From Hypanus sabinus (taxonomy: Eukaryota): a stretch of 64,000 nucleotides of DNA. This document shows positions 44,957 to 57,231 of the stretch, in pieces; the first letter of the stretch is position 1, and every line of letters starts with the position of its first letter. The notes beneath the pieces were generated by a model. The model worked only from the letters and a program-made list of their open reading frames with translations, ran no database searches and was not told the DNA's origin. The stretch spans positions 15,190,001 to 15,254,000 of the forward strand of contig NC_082730.1 of NCBI RefSeq assembly GCF_030144855.1, in the 5' to 3' direction. A program made the position numbers and the translations under genes.

Positions 44957-47275
44957 GAGATAGGTTAGGTGACAGAGGTATGTGTTGGGGTACACTTCGG
45001 GTCCAGTGATCACAATGCAATCAGGTTCAATATAATTATGGAGAAGGATAGGACTGGACCCAGGTTTGAGATTTTTGATTGGAGAAAGGTTAACTTTGAG
45101 GAGATGCAAAAGGATTTATAAGGAGTGGATTGGGACAATTTGTTTTATGGGAAGGATGTAATAGAGAAATGGAAGTCATTTAAAGGTGTAATTTTGAGGG
45201 TACAGAATCTTTATGTTCCTGTTAGGTTGAAAGGACAGGTTAAAAGTTTGAGAGAGCCGTGATTTTCAAGGGATATTGGAAACTTGGTTTGGGAAAAGAG
45301 GGAGATCTACAATAAATACAGGCAGCATGGAGTAAATCAGGTGCTCAAGGAATATAAAGAATGTATAAAGAATCATAAGAAAAAAATTAGAAAAGCTACA
45401 AGATATGAGGTTGTTTTGGTAAGTAAGGTGAAAATAAATCCAAAGGGTTTCTACAGTTATATCAATAGCAAAAGGATAGAGAGGGATAAAATTGATCACT
45501 TAAAGAATCCGAGTGGATAGCTATGTGTGGAGCCAAAAGAGATGGGGGAGATTTTGAACAATTTCTTTTCTTCGGTATTCACTAAGGAGAAGGATATTGA
45601 ATTCTATAAGGTTGGGGGAATAAGTAGGGTACTTATGGAAACTATGATGATTAAAGAAGAAGAAATACTGGCACTTTTAAAGAATATAAAAGTAGATAAG
45701 TCTCCTGGTCCTGACAAGATGTTCCCTAGGACCTTGAGGGAAGTTAGTGTAGAAATAGCTGGGGCTCTGAGAGAAATATTTCAAATGTCATTAGAAATGG
45801 GGATGGTGCCAGAAGATTGGTGTATTGCTCATGTGGTTCCATTGTTTAAAAAGATTTCTAAGAGTAAACCTTGCATTATTGGCCTGTAAGTTTGATGTCA
45901 GTGGTAGGTAAATTAATGGAAAGTATTCTTAGAGATAATATATATATATATATAATTAATTATCTGGATAGACAGGGGCTAATTAGGACAAGTCAACATG
46001 GATTTGTGTGTGGAAGGTCATGGTTGACAAATCTCGTTGAATTTTTTGAAGAGGTTACTAGGAAAGTTGACGAGGGTAAAGCAGTGGATGTTGTCTATAA
46101 GCACCTCAGTAAAGCCTCTGACAATGATCCACATGGAAGGTTAGTTATGAAGGTTCAATCTTTAGGTATTAATATTGAAGTAGTAGAATAGTTTCAACAG
46201 TGACTGGATGGGAGATGCCAGAGAGTAGTGGTGGATAACTTGTTTGTCAGGTTGAAGGCCAGTGACTAGTAGTGCACCTCAGGGATCTGTACTGGGTCCA
46301 ATGTTGTTTGTCATATACATTAATGATCTGGATGATGGGGTGGTAAATTTGATTAGTAAATATGCAGATGATACTAAGGTGGTGTTGTGGATAATGAAGT
46401 AGGTTACAGAGAGATTTAGGCCAGGTAGAAGAGTGGGCGGAATAATGGCAGGTGGAGTTTAATGCTGATAAGTTTGAGGTGCTACATTTTGGTAGGACTA
46501 ATCAAAACAGGACATGCATGGTAAATGGTAGGGCATTGAGGAATGCAGTAGAACAGAGTGATCTAGGAATAATGGTGCATAGTTCCCTGAAGGTGGAATC
46601 TCATGAGAATAGGGTGGTGAAGAAAGCTTTTGGTATACTGGCCTTTATAAATCAGAGCATTGAGTATTGGAGTTGGGATGTAATGTTAAAATTGTACATG
46701 GCATTGGTGAGGCGAAATTTGGAGTATTGTGTACAGTTCTGGTCACCGAATTCTAGGAAAGATGTCAACAAAATAGAGAGAGTACAGAGGAGATTTACTA
46801 GAATGTTACCTCGGTTTCAGCACCTAAGTTACAGAGTAAGGTTGAACAAGTTAGGTCTTTATTCTTTGGAGCGTAGAAGGTTGAGGAGGGACTTGAGAGA
46901 GGTATTTAAAATTATGAGGGGAATAGATAGAGTTGACGTGGATATGCTTTTTCCATTGAGAGTAGGGGAGATTCAAACAAGAGGACATGAGTTGAGAGTT
47001 AAGGGGCAAAAGTTTAAGGGTAACGCGAGGGGAAACTTCTTTACTCAGAGAGTGGTAGCTGTGTGGAACGAGCTTCCAGTATAAGTGATAGAGCCAGGTT
47101 TAGTATTGTCATTTTAAAACAAAAGTTGGATAGTTATATGGACAGGAAAGGAATGGAGGGTTATGGGCTGAGTGCAGCTAGATGGGACTAGGTGACAGTA
47201 AGCGTTTGGCATGGACTAGAAGGGCCAAGATGTCCTGTTTCCATGCTGTAATTGTTATATGGTTGCATGGTTAAA
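44957..47275 (+). mobile_element. CR1 LINE, 5'-truncated, in the stalk-TM intron
   Basis: Endonuclease C-terminus (SDHNAIRF), KSPGPDKMFPRTLRE, RT motifs and an ATGGTT-type tail; frameshifted. Confidence 0.92.
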
Positions 47276-47763
47276 TATTCTGAGTAATAAAGTAATTGTT
47301 ATATACCAGAATGACAGGCCCTTCAGCCTGACTCGTCCAAGCCAACCAAGAGTCCAGACAGTCATGAAACAAAGAAAACCATGTAAGCCAGTCAGTGAAG
47401 ATGTACAGCGTCATTGTCAGCAATGCTGTTTGTCAGAGAAGACACCACTAATCAATTCTTTAATGTAACAGTTCCAATGAAATATTTGTAAAAGAACATG
47501 CTCGGGTTCTCAAATGGCCTGGACAATGGATACTCTTTAACCAACATCACTATCATTGTTCATGATCACATTTCTGCTTCTAAGATCTTGCTCTGAGCAG
47601 ATTGGCAGTTGCAATTTCCCACTGCTGTCAACAGTGTCTAATATTCATTTCTGAGCTGCAGACATCCTGAGTTCATGAAAAATGCTGTGTACATGTCAGA
47701 CTTTGCAAATAGCTGGGAATAAGTGATGAACCAGGACTGACCCTTTCCTATTCTTTACCACAG

Positions 47764-47855
47764 ACCCACTTACATAATTGAGCTTACTGTCATCGGGATT
47801 CTTCTAATACTGATTGTCGTTTGTCTACTTTGTTACCTGAAGAGAAAAAACAGGG
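47764..47855 (+). CDS. Transmembrane exon (PTYIIELTVIGILLILIVVCLLCYLKRKNR)
   Basis: Acceptor ttctttaccacag| and donor |gtaggt, phase 2-1. A 22-residue hydrophobic run is followed by a basic stop-transfer cluster KRKNR. Confidence 0.85.
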
Positions 47856-48394
47856 GTAGGTTTCTTTTTTCCTTTAATTGTTTCATTATGAACATGATAG
47901 CTAGCTGCTGAATCTTAAGGAACTTGATTTGTTTGCAGTCAACAAAAAGCCAGGATTAGAGTGCCAATGTGTTGGTTTACAACACATGAATGAATGGTGT
48001 TGTTTCCACTGTAACCTGGTGACTCCATTATTCCCAAAACATCAGGTGATGGAATCTCACCTCATCTGTGGAATGGCAAAGAACCAAGAGGCTGGGTTGA
48101 AGAAAGATTTAGATGGTCTCACCTGTTGTACTCAGTTTTGGGAAAGTTGTTGTTGTATTGAAAAGTGTATTCAATAAGCTCTTCCTCAGTACAACTCCCA
48201 ATTAAAAGCAATCATTTGGACAGTATATGTGTAAGTTCATTCTCCCATGTCTTTCTCAAAAAAAAAGATCAGGTGTATCTTTCACCTATCTACCACTCAC
48301 TATATATCACTGGACAACATACCCTGCTCTCATTGGAAAAAGTTGTTGTAGATTAAGTCACAGGTCTGCTTTACTGAGATGATCCTGAGATGGG

Positions 48395-48695
48395 CACCAT
48401 GGTTGTGTAGAGGTTGGCGCCACACTGTTACTCCTTGGGGCTTTTTGGAGTTTGGAGTTCAATTCCAATGCTGTCCTGTAAAGAGTCTCTGTGTCCACCC
48501 CACTGAATGGTTCCCTGGGTGCTCCAGTTTCCTCCCATTGTCCAAAGACAGTTCTTTGGTTGTTATAAATTGTTCCATGATTGGATGAAGTTGAATCAGG
48601 CTTGTCGGGGTCACTGGGTCAGCATGGCTCAAAGGGCCGAGAGTGCTTACTCTGCGATGTATGTATGTATGTATAAATAAATAAATAAATAAATA
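48395..48695 (+). mobile_element. tRNA-derived SINE with (TAAA)n tail
   Basis: GGAGTTCAATTCC B-box-like motif, GGGTGCTCCAGTTTCCTCCCA core and (TGTA)n(TAAA)n tail. Confidence 0.6.
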
Positions 48696-50223
48696 CTCCT
48701 CTGTCTCTTAAATAGACTTTGTAAAACAGTGAAGAGAACTGTGAGTACAGTGATCATCTGTTGTTATTATCAGATGGGGAAATGGAGTTGAACGCTGGAA
48801 AATAAAGCCCCTGCAGCCTCCAGTTCACTGGCTGATGGAATATAACTCATTGGCTGAAAATTAAGACAACTAGTAGTTCAACTGCCACCCGTGAAGTTAT
48901 TCCTGACCCCTCTCTCTCTCTCTCCCCAACAAAGAAGACAGTTATTTTCAGCGTAGTATTATCCCATAGTCACTGTTTATGGCAAAGATCTGAACAAAAG
49001 GAATGCATTCTTTTCCAAAGAGAAATTCCCTAAATGATCAATACCTGAGATATTGGCAGAAAAATGCTGGGAATGCTCAGTATGTCAGACAGCAGCTGTG
49101 GAGAGAGGAACAGCTGATCCTTCAAGGCAACGACCTTACACCAGAACTGGAAAATGTGAGCGATAACAAGTCTTGAGGTGCAGAGGAAGTATGGAAGGAA
49201 GCACAAAAGAGAGGGATTCTGAGGGAGTACAAGACAGAAAAAGTACGACAGGAAAGATGATGATTGAGGCAAGAGGTGCGTAGTAATAGGATAAATGAAG
49301 ATTTAAATATGAGCAGGCTTTGAAATTTGATATCTTCATTGATGACATTATCCTCATCAGTAACAGTGCAGCGCTTTTGATTTCCTTTGGCATTTCTCTT
49401 TATATGGTTAACTACTATTAATAACAAAAATGGAACAAGTTATGGGAAATAAAATCTGTTCATAATTCAACTTCAACTATTCTGCCCTCCCTCAGGAGTT
49501 TTCCCCATTTTCCCAAGGTAGGGAGTTAGGTGAACTCCAGTCCAGGTGTAGTTGTAGTTTGAAGGCAGTTCTGTTGTTCAGCACATATCACAGTAAGCCA
49601 AGATAGAAAAGATAGTATTTCTAGGTGTTTTCACAGGAGATGGATTCAAATATTGAATAAAATTCCTTTGACTCGTAACAAAGTTTGTCGGACAAATGAA
49701 TGAGTAAATATACAAGCAATTATAAAATGGCTGACCTGATGTCATAGGTCAATTGCTTAGAAACAGAGTAGTAAAAATGAACAACTGCTGTAAACTTACA
49801 AGTAAGCAGTGATTTCTAGAGGCTAGAAATAAAATGGTGAAAAATAACATTCACTAATAGTCTCAGACCAAATAAATCATTCATTGAGGATAGGACATTC
49901 AGTTTCCATATGAAATTGTTGATCTTCATGTTGAATTTGAAAGAAGATTTTGTGGCCAGTAGGAAAATTAGATGATTTTTATTTTGGGAAGATTGTTCCT
50001 TCTTTCTGAGGGACAATCTGCCACAGAGTCCTGGAGAGATCAATGAGATGTTCATGGGACAGTGTGAATATTGTCAGGTAATCTGCTCCATCATATTATG
50101 AAGGAGAAATATTATCTAAAGACATGCAAGGGAATGTAGAAAATGTAGGTAAATCAGACAGAATTTGAAGCAATAAAAAAAAATGAAATTTTAAATCCAA
50201 ATTCTTCATTACAACGTTCAAAG

Positions 50224-50255
50224 ATGAAAAACGTCAGTTTTCAGTAGCAAGGAAG
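50224..50255 (+). CDS. Candidate first cytoplasmic exon (DEKRQFSVARK)
   Basis: Strong donor AAG|GTGAGG. Phase 1 to 0 bridges the TM exon (ends phase 1) and the last exon (starts phase 0). The acceptor at 50223 is moderate; an in-frame alternative lies at 50244. Confidence 0.5.
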
Positions 50256-51244
50256 GTGAGGTATAAAACAACATTATCCTTTCTGATCATTGTGTAGTAA
50301 CCAGAGCAGAGGTTTGCTCTGTGTGGAGAATCATTATTGTGTTGCAGCCTGGGTTCCCGTGGTTCTGAGATTCAGTATGGCTGTCATGCTACTGTCATAG
50401 TAGCATACCTGGTTCGTACAAAGCTATTACAACTCGGGGTGTTCCGAAGTTTGCAGTTCAATTCCAGTGCCGTTCTGAAAGGAGTCTCTGAATGTCCTCC
50501 CTGTGGGATGCATGGATACATTCCGGGTCCTCCAGTTTCATCCCAGTCCAAAGACATACCAGGTAGGTTAATTGGTCAATGGAAATTGTCCTATGATTAG
50601 GTTTGGGTTAATCTGGTTTATCGGAGGTTGCTGGGGTGGTGAAGCTTAAAGGCTGCAAGGGTCGACTCTGTGCTGTATCAAAAATAAATAAATACATGTT
50701 TCTGTCCGTAACAGACATGGAATTGTGAGCAGTAATGTTGTATTTTCCAGAATCCAAGCACCACACATCTCATAGAGGAGGAACCAATGAAACCCAGGTA
50801 TGGACATGAAGTATAAGTCATCTGAATGCTTCAGAATGTTAAAATTTTGATTACTTTGGAGTTTATAGATCATTCACCCCACTAATCCAGTCCAGTATTA
50901 ATATTTTACAAAACTTCCGAACATCCCTCTCATTGAATCCCATCAGCATATCCTTCCAGTTATTTGTTCCTTTCTCTCGTGCTTATCCAGCTTTTCCTTC
51001 AGTCTATCCACAATATTTTACGTGACTAATCTTCAAAGTGCTTCAGTCTTTATTACGTTACTGAAAGGTGAAAAGCGAGACTGGTCCTTTCTCTACTGTT
51101 GGAGATGGAACTCCTAATTGTGTAAATCTGTCTTTGCGTTCAATGAGTATTCAGTTTACAATTTGTATATTCCCTCTGAGTCTCAAAGTCTGATGAGAAA
51201 TCAGAAAAATTAGGGCAGGGCTATTCAGAATAATAAATCGGGGT

Positions 51245-51490
51245 TGACACGGTAGGGTAGCGATTAGCGTAACTCTATTACAGTGCCAGTGACCTGGGTT
51301 CAGTTCCGCTCCTGTCTGGAAGGAGTTTGTATGTTCTCCCTGTGACCGTGCGGTTCTCCTCTGGGTGCCCTAGTTTCCTCCCACATTCCATATTCGTTAG
51401 TATGTTAACTTGGCCACGTGTTTAATTGGGTGATGCGGGCTTGTTGGGCCAGAATGGTCTGTTTCCATGCTGTATCTCGAAATAAGTAAA
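51245..51490 (+). mobile_element. tRNA-derived SINE (HE1/V-SINE-like)
   Basis: ACGGTAGGGTAGCGATTAGCG (A-box-like), GGGTTCAGTTCC (B-box-like), GGAGTTTGTATGTTCTCC core. Confidence 0.65.
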
Positions 51491-51975
51491 TATCTGTTCA
51501 GTGCTGACCCCACCCAACCACTTTCTCACTCTACCCCTCAATCCTGACACCTGTATGAATAGTCTATATTCTCTTCAATCTGTTATCAACATTCTTTGTT
51601 AGTGATATTTTCCACTATTTTCAGCCTGCTGGTTTTTCTTACCTTCTTAATTGATGTCCCAATTGATTTAACCATTTTTATCATTGAATGATTGAGTTCA
51701 ATATTATTAAAGAGCTTCAATTGTTTTCACAATATTATCATTTGCCTTTTGTATTCCCAAAGGAAACTGCAGGGTGGAAATTGTTGAAGGATTCTGCTCT
51801 GCTGTACATTTTCTCTTGTTGTCACCACTTTTCATCATGTTCTCTGGACATCAATCATGACTGATTTATTTTCCTTCTCCCCTATTATCCCACCTTCTCC
51901 CAGTAACTTTTCACACCCTCACCTTCCGCATTGATCAGACATAAAATAGATCTTGGAACTTGTTTATCATTTCAG

Positions 51976-52191
51976 GAAATGGCCACGTTGGAAGAAAACA
52001 TTGTTTATGCAGATCTACACCATGTTCGAAACAATGAGGCAGCTGCCCAGTTGGCTAACAATGAAAATGGAACTGTGTATGTAAACATGAAATTTAAAAG
52101 GAAGTCAAGAGCAGGACACTCTGTTATGGATGAGGACAACCCCACCTATGCAGATATCAAATTTCAAAGCCAAAGCACAAGGCCCAAATAG
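51976..52191 (+). CDS. Terminal cytoplasmic exon with ITIM (IVYADL), YVNM and ITIM-like PTYADI motifs
   Basis: Acceptor ttatcatttcag|, phase 0, ends at TAG 52189-52191. Translation EMATLEENIVYADLHH..GTVYVNMKF..NPTYADIKFQSQSTRPK. Confidence 0.85.
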   Translation, partial: EMATLEENIVYADLHHVRNNEAAAQLANNENGTVYVNMKFKRKSRAGHSVMDEDNPTYADIKFQSQSTRPK

Positions 52192-52274
52192 AAAGATTTC
52201 TTTCCTGGTACTCCACAGGACTCAGAATAAGATTGATAAAGTCATTATGTGGATCAATTTAAGGCAGAAGAGTT

Positions 52275-52380
52275 ACACACAGAGGCCACTTTATTAAGCG
52301 CACCTGGACACCTATTTTTAATGCAAATATCTAATCAGCCAATCATGTGGCAGCAACTTGATGCATAAAAGCATGCATAT
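52275..52380 (+). mobile_element. Tc1/mariner-type terminal remnant
   Basis: GGCCACTTTATTAAG..TAATGCAAATATCTAATCAGCCAATCA..GCATAAAAGCATG has the same TIR as 5608-5665. Confidence 0.5.
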
Positions 52381-53137
52381 TGTGTATTGAAAGGTATTCT
52401 TTTTCACACCATTGTTGTAACGCATCTTTACTTGAGTTACTGTCACCTTGAACCAGTCTGGCAATTGTCCTTGATTGGACCACAGTTTAAGAATCCTTTG
52501 GGTTCTTCTAGGAGTCAGGAATGTTGAACAGTCTTAATTCTAATGGTCATTTATTTTAAAGTACAAACAAAACATACAAATACTAATACAAACACACACA
52601 AAATGCTGGAGGAACCCAGCAGATTAAACAAACTAAACAAGGTGCTGAGAAATTACGCAAAGAGGTAAATGAACAGCATAAAATGTGAAGTCAAAATGAT
52701 GGTGCCTCTGAAAAATCCATGACTTTTATAAGCAAGATAAGGAAAATTCCTTTGCTAGAAATAAACTAGTTAATAGGCCACAAAATTAAAACAATTACCT
52801 CATGTGCATAATATGCTAATACTTCACCAGTGAGTGTGGATAAACCACCACATACTGTGAAAAATGAGTATGCTTAAAAAGTACATATCTTATAAGAAGT
52901 ATGGTTTAAAAAAGCAGTAGTTTCCAACAAGCTGATGCCCCTCCACCCTGAGGATGGCCCAATCTGATTTCATAACACTTCAGATTGATGCGACAGAAAA
53001 ATGGTGATGTTAAATTGTACTTAATGAAGTCTTCAGGATAAAATCAAAGCAGCCATTATGTTGTCATATCCTGTATTAACAGTGTTAAAGGCATATACCT
53101 ACCTTTGTATAGTATACTCTTATCTGTAATAAATGAT

Positions 53138-56100
53138 ATATAGAAACACAGAAAATAGATGCAAGAGTAGGCTATTCGGCCCTTCGAGCCTGCACCACCA
53201 TTCAGTATGATCATGGCTGATCATCCAACTCAGAACCCTGTACCTGCTTTCTCTCCATATCCCCTGATCCCTTTAGCCACAAGGGCCATATCTAACTTCC
53301 TCTTAAATATAGCCAATGAACCGGCCTCAACTGTTTCCTGTGGCAGAGAATTCCACAGATTCACCACTCTCTGTGTGAAGAAGTTTTTCCTCATCTCGGT
53401 CCTAAAAGGCTTCCCCTTTATCCTTAAACTGTGACCACTCATTCTGGACTTCCACAACATCGGAAACAATCTTCCTGCATCTAGCCTGTCCAATCCCTTT
53501 AGAATTTTATAGGTTTCAATAAGATTCCCCCTCAATCTTCTAAATTCAAATGAGTATAAGCCTAGTTGATCCACTCTTTCTTCATATGAAAGTCCTGTCA
53601 TCCCAGGAATCAATCTGGTGAACCTTCTTTGTACTCCCTCTATGGCAAGAATGTCTTTCCTCAGATTAGGGGACCAAAACTGCACACAATACTCTAGGTG
53701 CAGTCTCACCAAGGCTTTGTACAACTGCAGTAGAACCTCCCTGCTGCTGTACTCAAATCCTTTTGCTATGAATGCCAACATACCATTTACCTTTTTCACC
53801 GCCTGCTCTACCTGCATGCCCACCTTCAATGACTGGTGTACAATGACACCCAGGTCTTGTTGCACCTCCCCTTTTCCTAATCAGCCACCGTTCAGATAAT
53901 AATCTGTTTTTCTGTTCTTGCAACCAAAGTGGATAACCTCACATTTATTCACACTAAATTGCATCTGCCATGAATTTGCCCACTCACCTAACCTATCCAA
54001 GTCACCCTGCATCCTCCTCACAGCTAATACCACCACCCAGCTTTGTATCATCCGCAAACTTGGAGATGCTGCATTTAATTCCCTTGTCTAAATCATTAAT
54101 ATATATTGTGAACAACTGGGGTCCCAGCACTGAGCCTTGCAGTACCCCACTAGTCACTGCCTGCCATTCTGAAAAGGTCCTGTTTACTCCCACACTTTGC
54201 TTCCTGTCTGCCAACCAATTCTCTATCCACATCAATACAATACTCCCAATACCGTGTGCTTTAGGTTTGCACACTAATCTCCTGTGTGGGACCTTGCCAA
54301 AAGCCTTTTAAATATCTAAATATACCACATCTACTGGCTCTCCCCTATCCACTCGACTAGTTACATGTTCAAAAAGTTCTATAAGATTTATCAGACATGA
54401 TTTTCCTTTCACAAATCAATGCTGACTTTGTCCGATGATTTCACCTCTTTCCAAATGTGTTGTTATCACATATTTGATAACTGACTCTAGCATTTTCCCC
54501 ACCACCGATGTCAGACTAACCAGTCTATAATTCCCCAGTTTCTCTCTACCTCCTTTTTTAAAAAGTGGGGTTACATTAGCCACCCTCCAATCCTCAGGAA
54601 CTAATCCAGAATCTAAGGAGTTTTGAAAAATTATCTCTAATGCATCCACTATTTCTTGGGCTACTTCCTTAAGCACATCTGGCCCTGGGGATTTATCTGC
54701 CTTAAATCCCATCAATTTACCCAACACCACTTCCCTACTAACATGTATTTCCCTCAGTTCCTCCATCTCACTAGACCCTCAGTCCCTTACTATTTCTGGA
54801 AGATTATTTATGTGAAGACAGAATCAAAGTAGTTATTCAATTGGTCTGCCATGTCCTTGATCCCTGTGATCAATTCATCTGTTCTGACTGTAAAGGACTT
54901 ACATTTGTCTTGACCAATCTTTTTCTTTTCATATATCTATAAAAGCTTTTACAGTCAGTTCTTATGTTCCCTACCAGCTTTCTCTCATAATCTTTTTTCC
55001 CTTTCCTAATTAAGCCCTTTGTCCTCCTCTGCTGGTCTCTGAATTTCTCCCAGTCCTCAGGAGTGCCGCTCTTTTTTTGCTAATTTATATGTTTCTTCTT
55101 TGGACTTGATACTATCCCTAATTTCCCTTGTTAGCCACGGGTACACTACCTTCCCTGGTTTATTCTTTTTCCAAACTGGGATGAGCAATTGTTGTAGTTC
55201 CTCCATGCGATCTTTAAATGCTTGCCATTGCATATCCACCATCAACCCTTTAAGTAACATTTGCCAGTCTATCTTAGCTAATTCACATCTCATACATTCA
55301 AAGTTGCCCTTCTTTAAGTTCAGAACCTTTGTTTCTGAATTAACTATGTCACTCTCCATCTTAATGAAGAATTTCACCATATTATGGTCACTCTTTCCCA
55401 AGGGGCCTCGCACGACAAGATTGCTAACTAACCCTTCCTCATTGCTCAATACCCAGTCCAGAATGGCCTGCTCTCTAGTTGGTTCCTCAACATGTTGGTT
55501 CAGAAAACCATCCTGCAGACATTCCAAGAAATCCTCTTCCTCAGCACCCTTACCAATTTGGTTCACCCAATCTATATGTAGATTGAAGCCATCCATTATA
55601 ACTACTGTTCCTTTATTGCGTGCATTTCTAATTTCCTGTTTAATGCCATCCCCAGCCTCACTACTACTGTTGGGTTGCCTGTACACAACACCCACCAGTG
55701 TTTTCTGCGCCTTAGGTTTATGCAGCTCTACCCATATCGATTCCACATCCTCCAGGCTAATATCCTTCCTTTCTATAGCGTTAATCTCCTCTCTAAACAG
55801 CAATGCTACCTCACCTCCTTTTCTTTCCTGTCTATTCCTCAAGAATATTGAATATCCCTGGATGTTGAGCTCCCATCCTTGGTCACCCTGGAGCCATGTC
55901 TCTGTGATCCCAACTATATCATATTCATTAATAACTATCTGCACATGCAATTCATCCACCTTGTTACGAATGCTCCTCGCATTGACACATAAAGCTTTCA
56001 GGCTTGTTTTTACAACACTCTTAGCCCTTATACAATTATGTTGAAAAGTGGCTCTTTTTGCTTTTTGCCCTGGATTTGCCTGCCTGCCACTTTTACTTTT

Positions 56101-56612
56101 CACCTTACTACCTTTTGCTTCTACCCTCATTTTACACCCCTCTGTCTGTCTGCACTTGTTCCCATCCTCCTGCCACATTAGTTTAAAGCCTCCTGAACAG
56201 TAGTAGCAAACGCTCTACCTGGGACATTGGTTCCAGTCCAGCCCAGGTGCAGACCGTCCTGTTTATAATGGTCCCAACTCCCCCAGAACTGGTTCCAATG
56301 CCCCAGAAATTTGAATCCCTCCCCCTTGCACCATTTTTCAAGCCACGTATTTATCTGAAATATCCTCCTATTTCTACTCTGACTAGCATGTGGCACTGGT
56401 AGTAATCCAGAGATTATTACCTTTGTGGTCCTACTTTTTAGTTTATCTCCTAACTCCCTAAATTCACCTTGTAGGACCTCATCCCGTTTTTTACCTATAT
56501 CGTTGGTACCTATGTGCACCACGACCACTGGCTGTTCACCCTCCCATTCCAGAATGTCCTGCAGCCGCTCAGAGACATCCTTGACCCTTGCACCAGGGAG
56601 GCAACATACCAC
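53138..56612 (-). mobile_element. Near-complete CR1: ORF1 SGNH/GDSL esterase C-terminus, ORF2 endonuclease and RT (frameshifted), 3' tail
   Basis: 56178-56612 encodes CCLPGARVKD..VVHIGTNDIG (CR1 ORF1 esterase). 55057-56178 encodes LCVNARSIRNK, ITETWL, DGFNLH and SDHNMV (APE). RT fragments lie at 53230-54766. Confidence 0.93.
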
Positions 56613-57231
56613 ACTGAATTCCAACAAATAAAGATCTAACCTGGTCAACCCATCCCTATAACTCAGTGCCCTCTAATCCTAACAACATCTTTATAAATCG
56701 TCTCTCCCACTGTTTTTAGTTTAACCGTGTCTTTCCTCTAGCAGGGTAACTAAAACTGTCCACAGTACTCCAAGTGTGACCTCAGAAATGAATTATACAA
56801 CTGCAACATAAAACCCCAATTCCTAAGATTATAAATATTTCTTTGGGCATGGGTGTCCCTGGGGAAATGATGGTGTGATTTCCTCTTTTTGTGCCTCTCG
56901 TGATTTTATATACCTCTGTAAGTAGACCTAAATAAGGTGTTTGAAGGAAATAATATTTCACCTGAAACTACAACCGGTGAGAAATCAAATCTGGATCAGG
57001 GCTCACAAACAGCACCGAGATGCTATGCTACTGAGAATATCAAAATGGGGCATTGATCATTGTACGGTCCAATTCAATATCCAGCTTCCCCCCCCCACCC
57101 ATTGTTAATTGACCTTTGGGCTGTTCATCCATTGATTGTAAATGTGCTCAAGCTGACCAAATAGTTATTTTTGTGTGAACACGAGAGCTTCGTCTGCATC
57201 CTCTTTAAAACATCCATGTCCTACATATAAT

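Noticed and set aside
48716-48740. 25-nt micro-exon (LCKTVKRT) with good donor GTGAGT
   Set aside because: It needs phase 2 entry but the TM exon ends in phase 1, which gives a stop. It would fit only with a homopolymer error in the TM exon or an extra exon, and it abuts a SINE tail.
49496-50077. Alternative two-exon bridge (49496-49517 plus 50011-50077) from TM to tail
   Set aside because: The phases work, but it needs a rare GAG acceptor and gives an odd hydrophobic, Cys-containing peptide. The single exon 50224-50255 is simpler. Not fully excluded.
55100-56044. 314-aa + strand ORF (and similar ones such as 31449-31955)
   Set aside because: These are antisense shadows of CR1 ORF2, with no independent protein features.
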